DNA of 64,000 nucleotides from Candidatus Latescibacterota bacterium (GCA_965204745.1 OZ242010.1:3968001-4032000), one strand, 5' to 3'. Numbered from the stretch's first letter, positions 47,700 through 58,378 are shown. Notes: generated by a model from the sequence alone, not told the origin. Numbers and translations are program-made.

Positions 47700-48782
47700 T
47701 TGGAAAACCTGAAACGAACCCCGTTATACGAAATCCACCGAAAAGCCAATGCCCGACTGATCGATTTTGGCGGCTGGGAAATGCCAGTGCAATACGCGGG
47801 CATTGTCGCCGAGCATCGCGCAGTCCGATCACAGGCGGGCTTGTTCGACGTCTCGCACATGGGCGAATTTGAGTTTCGAGGCGCGGGCGCCCGTGCGTTG
47901 GTGCAATTTTTGACGACCAATGACATCGACCGCTTGGGCATTGGGCGCGGGCAATATTCGCTCTTTCTCAATGAAAATGGCGGCGCGGTTGACGACATCA
48001 TCGTCTACCGCTTGGGCAAAACGACCTACCTGATCGTGGTCAATGCCGCGAATGTCGATAAAGACTGGGCACATGTCCAAGCGGTTGCCCAATCATTCGA
48101 CCGCGTTCAAGTGACAAATCGCAGCGAAGAATTTGCCCTGCTCGCGCTTCAAGGCCCCAAAGCAGAGGCCGTTCTCGTGCCTATCGCAAATCGCGACCTC
48201 TCTGCTATCGGCTTTTTTCGCATTCGCAAAGCCGAACTCGCGGGCATCCCGGTTCACATTGCCCGCACCGGATACACGGGCGAAGGCATGAATGGCTTTG
48301 AAATTTTCACCCGCCCCGAAGATGCGACGGCAATCTGGAACGCGCTCATCGCATCGCCTAATGTATCGCCTGCGGGATTGGGGGCGCGCGATACCCTCCG
48401 CATCGAAGCCTCGCTTCCCCTCTACGGGCACGAACTCGACGAGGCAACCACGCCCTTAGAAGCAGGATTGGAGATGTTCGTCTCGCCGAGCGGCAACTTC
48501 TTGGGCGCAGACGCACTCGATCAGCATGGCCTGACCAAAACCCTTGTGATGCTCGAAATGATCGACCGCGGCATCCCGCGCCAGGGCTACGACATCCTGA
48601 ACACGCGGGGAAGTGCGATAGGCAACGTCACCAGCGGCACCATCGCGCCCCACATTCAAAAAAACGTGGCCATGGGCTACGTTCCACCCGATTATGCAAA
48701 AATAGGCACGGAACTCGCCATCGCAATCCGCAACCGCGCCCTCAAAGCGCGAGTCGTTCCCAAGCCATTTTTTAAGCGATAG
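47700..48782 (+). CDS. gcvT: Glycine cleavage aminomethyltransferase T
   Basis: LKRTPLY, FGGWEMPVQY, FDVSHMG, ARTGYTGE, GLGARDTLRIEA; GAGGAGG before TTG. Confidence 0.95.
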   Translation: MENLKRTPLYEIHRKANARLIDFGGWEMPVQYAGIVAEHRAVRSQAGLFDVSHMGEFEFRGAGARALVQFLTTNDIDRLGIGRGQYSLFLNENGGAVDDIIVYRLGKTTYLIVVNAANVDKDWAHVQAVAQSFDRVQVTNRSEEFALLALQGPKAEAVLVPIANRDLSAIGFFRIRKAELAGIPVHIARTGYTGEGMNGFEIFTRPEDATAIWNALIASPNVSPAGLGARDTLRIEASLPLYGHELDEATTPLEAGLEMFVSPSGNFLGADALDQHGLTKTLVMLEMIDRGIPRQGYDILNTRGSAIGNVTSGTIAPHIQKNVAMGYVPPDYAKIGTELAIAIRNRALKARVVPKPFFKR

Positions 48783-48789
48783 ATCAAGA

Positions 48790-49187
48790 GGGGAGCCACA
48801 AAAGGCACGAGCGGGGTACAATTGGCGACAAGCAGTATGTGGTGGGCGAGACGCTAGTGAGAGCCACAAAAGGCACAAAAGGCACAAAGGGCACGAGCGG
48901 ATACAACTGGCGATAGCCAGTTCAAGGGCACAACAAGAGGGGAGCCACAAAAGGCACAAATGGCACAAAGGGCACGAGCGGATACAACTGGCGACAGCGA
49001 AAAAAAAGAGGCAGGTCATAGCCCTACCTCGGCATTGTTGCAATGGCTTCTCTGACACAGGGACACCGCCCCTACATCTTGTATCTTTGGGCGAGCACGG
49101 GGGCATCGCCCCTACACATATCGCTCACCTTTTGTGTCTTTTGTGCTTTTGAACTGGCTATCGCCAGTTGTACCCCGCTCGTGGCTA
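48790..49187. repeat. Tandem and inverted CACAAAAGG-nonamer / GAGCGGGGTACAACTGGCGA repeat family
   Basis: Three direct units 48790-49000 and one inverted 49128-49187; others at 6190-6240 and 56862-56910. Confidence 0.8.
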
Positions 49188-49225
49188 AAATCCCATCTTC
49201 CTTCTCCCGTCTGCCCTCTTCCGTC

Positions 49226-49906
49226 TTAAAGCACTTTGCGCGCCGCACAGACGATTGCATCTACGGCACCGTCAACGCTGAGCAAGCCGGTGTTGACCAT
49301 GAGGTGGTACAGGTTTGGGTCGTTCCATTCCACCTTGTAGTGGCGTTTGATGTACGTTTTGCGGCGGTCATCCACCTCGCGCATGCGCCGTATCGCGTCC
49401 TCGTCTCGGGTCAAGTGATCGCGCGCTTTTACCACATCCAACTTAAAATTTTGCGTGCCCACCACGCGCACATGCAACGTATCCATCCGCCCGCCCAATA
49501 CGGCCTGCCCGCCTCTGCCGAGCAAAACCACATCGCCTTGATCCGCCAACTGCTCGGCCACCTCTGCGGTCAATTTCGCATAGACCTCTTCATCCATTGT
49601 CGTCAGTGCCTGATCCTTGTGCTCCGACAATTCGGGCACAGTGGCCGTTGCCCACCACTCGTATTCCGACAAGCCGGTCAATGTATCTGCATATCCGGGA
49701 GTGAGGAATTTACGCAAAATTCGCAACGCGGGGTGTTCGGGTTGTTCGTCATAGCGCTCGACTTCTGATACGGGCACTTTGGCTTTTCGCGCCACCTCGA
49801 CGAGCAATTCCTTGTCGATGTTGTGATAAGACAGTGCCTCGGCAACGCGCCTTGCAACCGTGCGTCCGTCACTGCCGTATTCCCGTGAAATGGTGATAAC
49901 GCCCAT
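49226..49906 (-). CDS. Cytidylate kinase-like family protein
   Basis: VITISREYGSDG, VLLGRGG, YHLMVNT. Confidence 0.88.
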   Translation of the reverse strand: MGVITISREYGSDGRTVARRVAEALSYHNIDKELLVEVARKAKVPVSEVERYDEQPEHPALRILRKFLTPGYADTLTGLSEYEWWATATVPELSEHKDQALTTMDEEVYAKLTAEVAEQLADQGDVVLLGRGGQAVLGGRMDTLHVRVVGTQNFKLDVVKARDHLTRDEDAIRRMREVDDRRKTYIKRHYKVEWNDPNLYHLMVNTGLLSVDGAVDAIVCAARKVL

Positions 49907-50030
49907 GATAAGCCTCCTTTCTGAGAGATAGCGATCAGCTATCGGCTTTCAGCGGTTAGCTCCGCCCGTCAGTTGTCGGTTGTCAGTTGTCAGTCCCCGC
50001 CGTTCCGCCCCTAAAGGCGTTTTTTTTCCG

Positions 50031-51218
50031 CTAACTACTGATCGCTTCCTTCAATCGCTTTGCTATGGGTTGGATCATATCGTCTGACAGGCACACGGGA
50101 TTGAAGATCAAGACGCCGTCGTAGATGCGCGATGTGCTGACGTGGATACTCGGGTCGCCTGCCATCAGTTGACGCGCCAAATCCACTCCTTTTTCCGCTT
50201 GTGCGAGCGCGAGGTGCAGGACGGGGATGGCGCGATGGGGGTCGATGCGGATATCGCAGTTCGGCAAATCGCGGATGGCGTCCGCCAAATTCTCCAAGCA
50301 TTGCAACCAGCGGGCGTGCCGGGTCTCGTCGCTTTCCGCAACGAAGTTTTGCAACGCGACCATCAGGCCCGCGATCTGCTCTTTCCCCACTTTGCACGGG
50401 CGCCCAATCCCGTGTTGCGGCGCGCCCGGCAAGATGTCTTTGTAGATCAGCGAGCGCGGGGGCGTCCACAGGTCAAAATGCACATCCATGTCTAAGTGTT
50501 GCAATGCCGTTGCGGTAATCAACTCGTAGCGACCGCACAAAATGCCCGTGCCTTGAGGCCCGCCAATGGCTTTCCCACCGCTAAAACACACCGCAGCGGC
50601 GCCCTCGCGGATAAACCGCTTCAAATTCGCCGCGGGGGGCAACTGACCTGCGGCATCGACAATGACCGGGATGCCGCGGCTCTGTGCCACTTCAATCACC
50701 TGTGGCAAAGGCGGTTGGGCGAAAGATTGCGCGACATAGACTATCGCCGCGGTCTGACTGGTGATCGCATCGGCGATTTCCCACGCCTCTGTATCGCGCA
50801 CGCCCGCGCCGCTGAACCGATCCGGAATACCCACTTCCACGAGTGTAACGCCCACCGAGCGCACCGCGTGATCGTAAAAATTGCGATGTGACCGCGGTAT
50901 GATCACCTCATTTTTCATCCCAGAGGTATCGGGCAACCGGTTCATCCTGCCCGGATCCAAGTCCGTAAGACAGGCCGCTGTTGCCAGCATCAATCCCGCC
51001 GCAGCACCCGATGTCACGTACCCGCCCTCGGCCCCTGTGATGTCGGCGATCAACTGACCTGCCGTGGCCTGCATCTGTGCAATATCCACGCAGACCTGCG
51101 CGGCTTCGCGCATGGCGTCGATCACCTCCGCGTCCATGCGCGCACCGCTCAAGCGCGTGACCGGCCCCGCGGCATTGATAATGGGCCACACGCCCAGTTG
51201 TTCGAGAATAGACGCCAT
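50031..51218 (-). CDS. SelA-like/DgaE-family PLP-dependent enzyme
   Basis: IINAAGPVTRLSG, VTSGAAAG, IVDAA, FSGGKAIGGPQ, GRPCKVGKE. Confidence 0.85.
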   Translation of the reverse strand: MASILEQLGVWPIINAAGPVTRLSGARMDAEVIDAMREAAQVCVDIAQMQATAGQLIADITGAEGGYVTSGAAAGLMLATAACLTDLDPGRMNRLPDTSGMKNEVIIPRSHRNFYDHAVRSVGVTLVEVGIPDRFSGAGVRDTEAWEIADAITSQTAAIVYVAQSFAQPPLPQVIEVAQSRGIPVIVDAAGQLPPAANLKRFIREGAAAVCFSGGKAIGGPQGTGILCGRYELITATALQHLDMDVHFDLWTPPRSLIYKDILPGAPQHGIGRPCKVGKEQIAGLMVALQNFVAESDETRHARWLQCLENLADAIRDLPNCDIRIDPHRAIPVLHLALAQAEKGVDLARQLMAGDPSIHVSTSRIYDGVLIFNPVCLSDDMIQPIAKRLKEAISS

Positions 51219-51277
51219 GTTGTCTCCTAAAAAAATCCACTAATGGACTGACGACTGACTATGTTGTGTTGCGCGAG

Positions 51278-51469
51278 GGGACCTATCCCCCGGCCCCTTT
51301 CCTACGAGGAAAGGGGAGTAAAGCTCCTTTGATGGCTTCTCGCTCTGGTTGCTCTGATGGCGTTTTGCGAGGGCATAAAGCGATTAAATATCCCTCACCC
51401 CATTCCCTCGCAAAACCGCTCGCCATTCCCCCCTTCCTTGTAGGAAGGGGGGCCAGGGGGGTAGGTCCC
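51278..51469. repeat. Palindromic repeat family copy
   Basis: gggacctatcccc..gggggtaggtccc. Confidence 0.9.
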
Positions 51470-51687
51470 GTCTTACCTCTTACCGAAGGGCGGTTGTGCG
51501 GGGTTGCCTCACCTCTCCCGTCTCACCTCTCCCCGAAGGGGGTTGGGCGGGGCGGAAACTGAATATCATCCTCCCCATGTCCCCTGTCAAGCAGAACCGC
51601 CTATCGCAAATCCCTTGTTCGGATAAGTGTAATTTTTTACCTTGTGCTGTCCCAACCGATATTTGACATTGACCCAAGAGGTGAGGT

Positions 51688-52449
51688 ATGCAAATACTCG
51701 AAGCCACGCCAAACCGGTTTCAAGGCATCGAACTCGACTCGGTAGCCCTGCCGCGCGACGCAGAGGAATTTCGCACGCGCTTGGCCGCGTCTTTGCGGGA
51801 ATGGAAACGCGAAGCCTTTAAGGTCGTTTGGATTTCCGTTCCCATTGAACGCGCCGAACTCATTCCCGTTGCAACGCGAGCGGGGTTTTCGTTTCACCAT
51901 TCGGGCACGGATTATTTGTTGCTCACCAAACGCCTCGAACCCGCCGCGCTCATTCCCGAATACGCCACGCATTACATCGGCGCGGGCGGGGTCGTGATCA
52001 ACAGCCGCGATGAATTGCTGGTCGTCAGCGAATTGCACCGCCGCTCTGAATCGCCCCATTACAAATTGCCCGGCGGCGCATTGCACCCCGGCGAACACAT
52101 CGCGGACTGCGTGCAACGCGAGGTGTTTGAAGAAACCGGCGTGCGCGCCAAATTTGAAAAATTGGTCTGCTTCCGGCACTGGCACGGGTACCGCTACGAC
52201 AAATCGGACATCTATTTTGTGTGCCGCCTCTCGCCCTTGACCGAAGACATCGCCATCCAAGCCGAAGAGATCGAAGAATGCCACTGGCTACCCATCTCGG
52301 AATATCTGTCCAGCGACAGCGTCAGCACGTTTAACAAGCACATCGTCAAAGCCGCACTTGAAAGCCCGGGCGTGGTTCACACGGAGATCGCAGGCTATTC
52401 CGATCCCAAACGCCACGAAATTTTCATGCCCAATGGCATGGCGGTATAA
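51688..52449 (+). CDS. NUDIX hydrolase with NUDT6-type N-terminal domain
   Basis: LPGGALHPGEHIADCVQREVFEETG; N-terminal VWISVPI..GFSFHH. Confidence 0.88.
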   Translation: MQILEATPNRFQGIELDSVALPRDAEEFRTRLAASLREWKREAFKVVWISVPIERAELIPVATRAGFSFHHSGTDYLLLTKRLEPAALIPEYATHYIGAGGVVINSRDELLVVSELHRRSESPHYKLPGGALHPGEHIADCVQREVFEETGVRAKFEKLVCFRHWHGYRYDKSDIYFVCRLSPLTEDIAIQAEEIEECHWLPISEYLSSDSVSTFNKHIVKAALESPGVVHTEIAGYSDPKRHEIFMPNGMAV

Positions 52450-52470
52450 CACTCAAAAACAGGACGACCC

Positions 52471-53958
52471 ATGGCGCGTTCAAAACCCAACTTGCTCTAC
52501 ATCCACTCGGACCAGCACGATCCGCACGTCGCGGGATGCTATGGTGACAAGGTCGTCGCGACGCCCCATCTCGACAGGCTCGCGGCAACTGGCGTGGTGT
52601 TTGAAAACTGCTATTGCCCGTCGCCGATCTGCGTGCCTTCGCGCATGTCCATGCTCTCGGGGCGTTATCCCTTTGAAAACGAGGTGTGGACCAACGCGCA
52701 CGCGCTGCATTCGCACATTCCCACCTTTGCCCATGCCATGGGCGCGGGCGGTTACGAACCCGTGCTCATCGGGCGCATGCACGCCAATGGCCCAGACCAG
52801 TTGCACGGGTATGCCCAACGCTTGGTAGGCGACCATGGGCCCAACCATCCCGGCGGGGGCGGCGCCAATCACGGGATGCTATCCGGCACGGCGGGCCCGG
52901 CCCGCGTCAGTCTGCGAAAATCCGGGATCGGCCAAAGCGCGTATCAGGTCCACGACGAAGATGTGACCGCGGCGACCGTGGCCTATCTCGACCGACTCGG
53001 CGTCAAAAAGCGCGCGGGTCAACCGGCAGAGCCGTTCTCGTTGTCCGTGGGATTCATGCTGCCCCACCAGCCCTTTGTCGCACGCAGGGCGGACTACGAC
53101 CGCTACGACGGGCGCGTTCCCCCGCCTGCGGTTTCCGTGCCTTTTTCTCACGACCTGCATCCCCACATCAAATATTGGCGCGAACACTGCGGCATCGCCC
53201 AGGTCACAGACGCGGAAATCCACCGCGCACGCACGGCCTATTGGGCATTGGTCGACCGCATGGATCACATGATCGGGCAGATTTTAGCGGCTTTGGATGC
53301 GAACGCGTTGCGCGACAACACCCTCATCGTCTATATGTCGGATCACGGGGAACAGGCCGGGGAACACGGCTTGTGGTGGAAGCAGACGTTTTACGAACAT
53401 TCCGCCAAAGTGCCCGCCATCCTCTCGTGGCCCGGTCACTTGCCCGAGGGCAAACGCTTTGACCGAGTCATCTCGTCCTTAGACCTCAACGCCACGATGA
53501 TCGACGCCCTGCAATGCCCCGCGCTCCCGCATTCTCGCGGGCGATCCCTCTTGCCCCTCATGCGCGGCGAGCGCACATCTTGGGACGATGTCGCCTTTTC
53601 CGAATTTTGCCAAGACCGCGCGGGCGGCGGCGGCCCCTTTCCAGCCAAAGGCGTGTACCAGCGCATGATCCGGCAGGACGAATGGAAGTTCAATTACTAC
53701 CACAATCAGCCCTGTCAACTCTTCAATCTGAACGAAGACCCCGACGAAGTGCGCGACCGCGCAACCGACCCGGCCTGCCAAGGGCTGATCAAAGACTTCA
53801 CGGCTCGCATCCTCGACGGCTGGCATCCCGAAACCATTGCCGCACATCTAGCCGCCCAAAACGAGGACAACCGCATCCTCGCCGCCTGGGCACGCCACAC
53901 CGACCCCGCAGACACCATCCGCTGGGACCTGCGCCCGGAAATGGATTATTTGGAATAA
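52471..53958 (+). CDS. Cys-type sulfatase (choline-sulfatase-like)
   Basis: PNLLYIHSDQH, CVPSRMSMLSG, SDHGE. Confidence 0.92.
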   Translation: MARSKPNLLYIHSDQHDPHVAGCYGDKVVATPHLDRLAATGVVFENCYCPSPICVPSRMSMLSGRYPFENEVWTNAHALHSHIPTFAHAMGAGGYEPVLIGRMHANGPDQLHGYAQRLVGDHGPNHPGGGGANHGMLSGTAGPARVSLRKSGIGQSAYQVHDEDVTAATVAYLDRLGVKKRAGQPAEPFSLSVGFMLPHQPFVARRADYDRYDGRVPPPAVSVPFSHDLHPHIKYWREHCGIAQVTDAEIHRARTAYWALVDRMDHMIGQILAALDANALRDNTLIVYMSDHGEQAGEHGLWWKQTFYEHSAKVPAILSWPGHLPEGKRFDRVISSLDLNATMIDALQCPALPHSRGRSLLPLMRGERTSWDDVAFSEFCQDRAGGGGPFPAKGVYQRMIRQDEWKFNYYHNQPCQLFNLNEDPDEVRDRATDPACQGLIKDFTARILDGWHPETIAAHLAAQNEDNRILAAWARHTDPADTIRWDLRPEMDYLE

Positions 53959-53960
53959 GC

Positions 53961-55115
53961 ATGAAAAATGGACTGACTCGGCTCGACGTGGCGTCTTGGG
54001 GTGGGTTTATGATCTTTGCCACCAGCGGGGTGGTGACGCCGATATGTTTGCCCGAAATCGCCAAGACCCTGTCGATTTCCCTGGCTGAAAGCGGCGGCTT
54101 GGAAACGGCGCGTCTGCTTCTCCTGCTCGTGGTCTTGATTTTATCCGGCATCCTCGCACGCACCTGGGGAAAGAAGCACCTCTTGACCTGGGGGCAATAT
54201 CTCACCGCGCTTGGCCTGCTGCTGATCAGCTATGCCGACACCTACCCGCTACTGCTCCTGTCGCTCATGGTCGTGGGCATTGGCGGCGGATTTACCGAGG
54301 CCCTCATCAACCCCTTGGTCGTCGATCTCCATCCCAAAACCCCGGGCAAATACCTCAACATCACCAATGCCTTTTATCCCATCGGCGTCATGGTCGCCGC
54401 GCTCCTGTTCGGCGAACTCTTGACACTCGGCTATTCGTGGCGGATCGCGTTTCGCATTGCCGCCGCCGGCGCGCTCGGCATGGGGATCTGGTTTTACCTG
54501 TCGCGGTTTCCCGCGCCTTCACCCGATCAGCGGTCGTCCATCCGCTTGATCGCGCAAATTCTCAAAATCCCCAAATTTTGGTTCTTTGGCATGGCCCTGT
54601 TTTTGGGCGCGGGCGTGGAGGCCGCGTTCACGTTCTGGAGCCGCAGTTACGTGGAGGTCTATCTCCGCGACATGCCGCGTGCGGGCGCTATCGCCGTGGT
54701 GGTTTTCGCAGGCGCGATGGCCCTCGGTCGCTTGCTTTCTGCGAAATTGTCCTCTAAGATGAGCCAGCAAGCCCTGATGATCGGTTCGGCCCTGCTCGGC
54801 GTGGGCATCAGCAGCGGCATCCCCTTTGCCGATAGCTTGATCGGATTCTACGCGCTGCTCGTTTTCGCCGGATTTGCCGCGGCCTGCTTCTGGCCCACTG
54901 TGCTCGCCGAAGCCGCGGACCGCCTGCCCGTGGACGCCACGATGTTGCTCGTCATGCTCGCGTGTTTCGGCATCGCCGGCTTTGGCATTACCCCGTGGAT
55001 CATGGGCATCATCGGCGACGCGGCCGGCCTCAAAGCGGGCTTCGCGCTCATTCCCGGCCTGTTCATCGGCTTGATTGTGGTGCTCGCGCTGGCGGGACGA
55101 AAACGCAAGAGGTGA
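53961..55115 (+). CDS. MFS transporter (fucose-permease-like)
   Basis: About 12 TM segments; starts 2 bp after the sulfatase stop. Confidence 0.88.
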   Translation: MKNGLTRLDVASWGGFMIFATSGVVTPICLPEIAKTLSISLAESGGLETARLLLLLVVLILSGILARTWGKKHLLTWGQYLTALGLLLISYADTYPLLLLSLMVVGIGGGFTEALINPLVVDLHPKTPGKYLNITNAFYPIGVMVAALLFGELLTLGYSWRIAFRIAAAGALGMGIWFYLSRFPAPSPDQRSSIRLIAQILKIPKFWFFGMALFLGAGVEAAFTFWSRSYVEVYLRDMPRAGAIAVVVFAGAMALGRLLSAKLSSKMSQQALMIGSALLGVGISSGIPFADSLIGFYALLVFAGFAAACFWPTVLAEAADRLPVDATMLLVMLACFGIAGFGITPWIMGIIGDAAGLKAGFALIPGLFIGLIVVLALAGRKRKR

Positions 55116-55153
55116 GAGGCGAGAGGCAAGAGGTAAGATACTCTCTTAAAAGG

Positions 55154-56161
55154 TCAAGGGGTTTTCGGGGTGATTCGATAGAATTTTTCGCCCTCAAAAT
55201 CTTGGTCATGGCGCAACATGCCCCAGATCGAATGGAGCAACTTTCGCATCACCGCAACGATAGCCTGCAAAGGTTTCTTGCCGCGGGCGATGAGTTGGTC
55301 ATAGAAGGCTTTGACATGGCCTTCGTGTCTGATGGCCACCCAGGCAGGCATATAGAGGGCATGGCGGAGGTACTTATTCCCGGTTTTCGAGATGCGTCTT
55401 TGTGGATTGGCGGTTCCGGATTGTTTGGGTTTGGGATCCAGGCCTGCATGTGCGACCCACTGGGGCGGTTGCATCTCCTCTGGCAAAAGGGTCAACTCGG
55501 CCAAGAGCCGCAAGGCACTCGTTTGCGCGATGCCAGGCGTCGAGCAGAGGCGTTGGTAGGCACGCTTGAGGGGCTCATCGTGCAAAACGAGATCGAGGGC
55601 TTGGCTTTCCAAGTATGCAATCCGGCGTTTGAAGTGTCGAATATTCACCTGAATATCGCGTGCGATGAGACGTGTGCTGCGGATGTGGTAGCTCTGCGCG
55701 TGGTTGCGGCTCTGTTCGCGGATGATCTCCTGCTTGAGTTGGTCAATGCGTCTGGTGAGGGCTTGCAGTTGAAGCCGTTGCTCGCTCGGCGCTTGCCAAG
55801 GCACAAAAGGCATGCGCTCGGCATAGTCGAGGATCAACAACGCATCCTTCGCATCCGTCTTCGCCCGTTGCATGCAGGCTTGGGCGTACTTGCTCATCGC
55901 TTTGGGATTGACGACCATGACCTTTGTGTGGCGATGCCGATGCAAGGCCAAGGCCACCCCCAAACTGTAAAGCCCGGTCGCTTCGAGGCACACAGAGACC
56001 ATGTGCCCGCCCTTCGTGAGCCACTTCAGCAACCGCTTATGCGCTTGGGGATCATTGGCAAAGGTCGCTTGCATGACAGCTTGTCCGGGTCTGGACAGGG
56101 CAACGGACAACGTGCGGGCACTGACATCAATGCCGGCAAAAGCGGGGTGAGATTTCGACAT
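55154..56161 (-). CDS. IS110 recombinase
   Basis: 335 aa, clearly homologous to but diverged from 21282..22289; same catalytic motifs; AGGAGG RBS. Confidence 0.96.
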   Translation of the reverse strand: MSKSHPAFAGIDVSARTLSVALSRPGQAVMQATFANDPQAHKRLLKWLTKGGHMVSVCLEATGLYSLGVALALHRHRHTKVMVVNPKAMSKYAQACMQRAKTDAKDALLILDYAERMPFVPWQAPSEQRLQLQALTRRIDQLKQEIIREQSRNHAQSYHIRSTRLIARDIQVNIRHFKRRIAYLESQALDLVLHDEPLKRAYQRLCSTPGIAQTSALRLLAELTLLPEEMQPPQWVAHAGLDPKPKQSGTANPQRRISKTGNKYLRHALYMPAWVAIRHEGHVKAFYDQLIARGKKPLQAIVAVMRKLLHSIWGMLRHDQDFEGEKFYRITPKTP

Positions 56162-56199
56162 GGGGGCCTCCTGTGATGAGGGGGTTGTAAGGGATCTGG

Positions 56200-56415
56200 T
56201 GCGCGCTCGGGGTCGCGTCCCGACCATTGACGCCAAGTCTACCGGTCTTGTATATGCAGCCTCAAGGGGCTTAGATACTCTTCGGCATAGACCCGGCGGT
56301 CGGGGGGCCTATCTTACCTACAAGGTCATCGCCTTCAAGAGGGGCCGGCCTTCCCCGAGCCGGGCATCAAGATGGCTTATCTCGATACGAGGGCGCAACT
56401 CCTAATTAACCCTTA
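56200..56415 (-). ncRNA. Predicted IS110 bridge RNA (boundaries approximate)
   Basis: On minus: LTG cccctctt (56337-44), RTG aggtaaga (56312-19), LDG agagtatct (56273-81), RDG atacaaga (56246-53). Confidence 0.85.
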
Positions 56416-56458
56416 CTTCCAAGATACAAGAGGGGAGAGGCGAGATGGGAGTTTATTA

Positions 56459-56860
56459 GGTTCTGTTGACATTTACGAGCAAAGCAACTGGCTTGATCGG
56501 TTTATCGAGAAAATCAAGCCCTATCGCAGAAGGTTTGAGAAACTGAAACAGTCGCTCCTTATCGGGACCTACCCCCCTAACCCCCCTTCCTGCGAGGAAG
56601 GGGGGAACGGTGAGCGGTTTTGCGAGGGTATTGATGAGAGATATTTAATCGCTTTATGCCCTCAGAGCAACCATAGCGAGAAGCCATCAAAGGGACTTTA
56701 CTCCCCTTTCCTCGTAGGAAAGGGGCCGGGGGATAGGTCCCCTCGCAAAACGCCATCAGAGCAACCTAAGCCATCAAAGGACCAAACGCCTTAAATGAGC
56801 AAGAAGCAACACAGTTACTACTCTGTGCGTAACGTCAAAAAATGAAATGTCAACACAACC
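56459..56860 (+). mobile_element. IS5-family (IS427-like) MITE carrying a palindromic repeat (56564-56741)
   Basis: TA|ggttctgttgacattt ... aaatgtcaacacaacc|TA (1 mismatch in 16); internal transposase-tail codons. Confidence 0.72.
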
Positions 56861-56967
56861 TAGCCACAAAAGCCACGAGCGGGGTACAACTGGCGACAAC
56901 CCGTTCAAAGGCGAGCAGTGAGTGTAGGTCTTCTCCCGTCTTGCCTCTCACCTTTAGGAAGGACATC

Positions 56968-58317
56968 ATGGTTTTTGACAACATCGCGCTTGGCGTGCCC
57001 AAAATTTTGTTGCCCAAGCCCGAAATCAACTGCGAGAAGTGGGCGGTGATCGCCTGCGATCAGTATGTCCACGACCGGTCGTATTGGGAGGAGGTCGAGC
57101 GCGTTGTGGGCGATGCGCCGTCGACGCTGGCCCTCATCTATCCCGAAGTCTATTTGTCCGACGATGGGCACGAAGAGCGGATTGATCGCGTGCATCGCAA
57201 CATGAAGCGCTTTGTCGCGGCTGGGGTGTTCCGCGAGGAAATCGAGGGCTTTTTGCTCGTCGACCGCGTCCTGCCGTCTGGGAAATCGCGCAAGGGGTTG
57301 GTGGTCGCGCTCGACTTGGAGCACTACGACAGCCGAAGCCAGTCCAAAACCCTCATCCGCACAACCGAGGGCACGTATCCCAAAAACCTCGAAGCGCGGT
57401 TGGAGGTTCGGGGCAACGCATCGCTCGAATGCCCGCATACCCTCGTGCTCATCGACGATCCGAACCGGGAAATCATCGACCCCCTGTTTGAAGAAGGGCA
57501 CCCCACTATCGCGGATTTTGAACTCATGATGCACGGCGGGCGGCTCGCATACCGCTTGATCTCTCGCAAAGCGGACCTCGCGCGCATTGCCCAAAAGCTC
57601 GCGGCGCGGATCGCACCGGCGTATATCCGCGAAAAATACGGCGTTAAAAACGAAACGCTCCTGTACGCGATGGGCGATGGCAACCATTCCTTTGCCGCGG
57701 CGCAAAAAGCGTGGGAAAGGATCAAATCCACGCTCGGCAACGCACGAGACGCTACGCGACATCCGGCGCGGTACGCGATGGTCGAGTTGATCAACCTACA
57801 CGACGACGCGATAGACATCGAGCCGATCCACAGGCTGATCACCCGCGTCGATCCCCTGGTCGCGTGCAACGCGATCGTCGCATTGCTCAATGCGTCTGGC
57901 GCGCAGGCGCGGTTGGAAGTGGTCGCGTCGCCCGAGGCGCGAGACCAACGCCTCAGCGCATTGGCGTCTGAATCCACGCATTGCTTGCCCTATCGCGCTG
58001 CCGGAGGCATGGGCATTTTGGCAATCGAAAATCCATCGCAGAGAACCATCCCGGAAACGATGGAAACCGCGCTCGAGTTGTTCACGCGAGAAAATCCCGA
58101 AGCCGAGGTCGGATTCATCCACGGCGCGGAGGTGATCGACGACTTGGGCAATCGACCCGATGCGCTCGGCTTTTACCTGCCGCCGATTTCAAAAGACAGC
58201 GTCTTTGAGTCTATCGTGCACTACGGCGCGTATCCCCGCAAATCCATCTCCATCGGTCACGCGGATGAGAAGCGGTATTATATGGAGTGTAGGAGTTTGG
58301 GGATCAGTAGTCAGTAG
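56968..58317 (+). CDS. DUF1015 family protein
   Basis: KWAVIACDQY, LIRTTEGT, YAMGDGNHSFA, EPIHR, PRKSISIG..EKRYYME. Confidence 0.9.
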   Translation: MVFDNIALGVPKILLPKPEINCEKWAVIACDQYVHDRSYWEEVERVVGDAPSTLALIYPEVYLSDDGHEERIDRVHRNMKRFVAAGVFREEIEGFLLVDRVLPSGKSRKGLVVALDLEHYDSRSQSKTLIRTTEGTYPKNLEARLEVRGNASLECPHTLVLIDDPNREIIDPLFEEGHPTIADFELMMHGGRLAYRLISRKADLARIAQKLAARIAPAYIREKYGVKNETLLYAMGDGNHSFAAAQKAWERIKSTLGNARDATRHPARYAMVELINLHDDAIDIEPIHRLITRVDPLVACNAIVALLNASGAQARLEVVASPEARDQRLSALASESTHCLPYRAAGGMGILAIENPSQRTIPETMETALELFTRENPEAEVGFIHGAEVIDDLGNRPDALGFYLPPISKDSVFESIVHYGAYPRKSISIGHADEKRYYMECRSLGISSQ

Positions 58318-58378
58318 TCAGTAGTCAGTAGTCAGTAGTCAGTTGTCAGTTGTCAGTTGTCAGTTGTCAGTTGTCAGT
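58305..58378. repeat. Heptamer tract (GTAGTCA/GTTGTCA)n, continuing at 59555-59577
   Basis: Directly visible; split by the IS5 element. Confidence 0.92.

Larger units (their letters stand above)
55135..56427 (-). mobile_element. IS110-family element, copy 2
   Basis: AAGA (TCTT on minus) core at 55135-38 and 56428-31; flanks rejoin to a gcaagaggtaagaggggagagg heptamer tract. Confidence 0.93.

Noticed and set aside
50031-51218. True selenocysteine synthase selA
   Set aside because: Lacks the SelA N-terminal tRNA-binding extension; no selB or selC nearby; fits the DgaE/SelA-like subfamily
21017-56427. 35-kb composite transposon or recent inversion between the two inverted IS110 copies
   Set aside because: The copies are diverged and each one's two flanks match its own guides, indicating independent insertions
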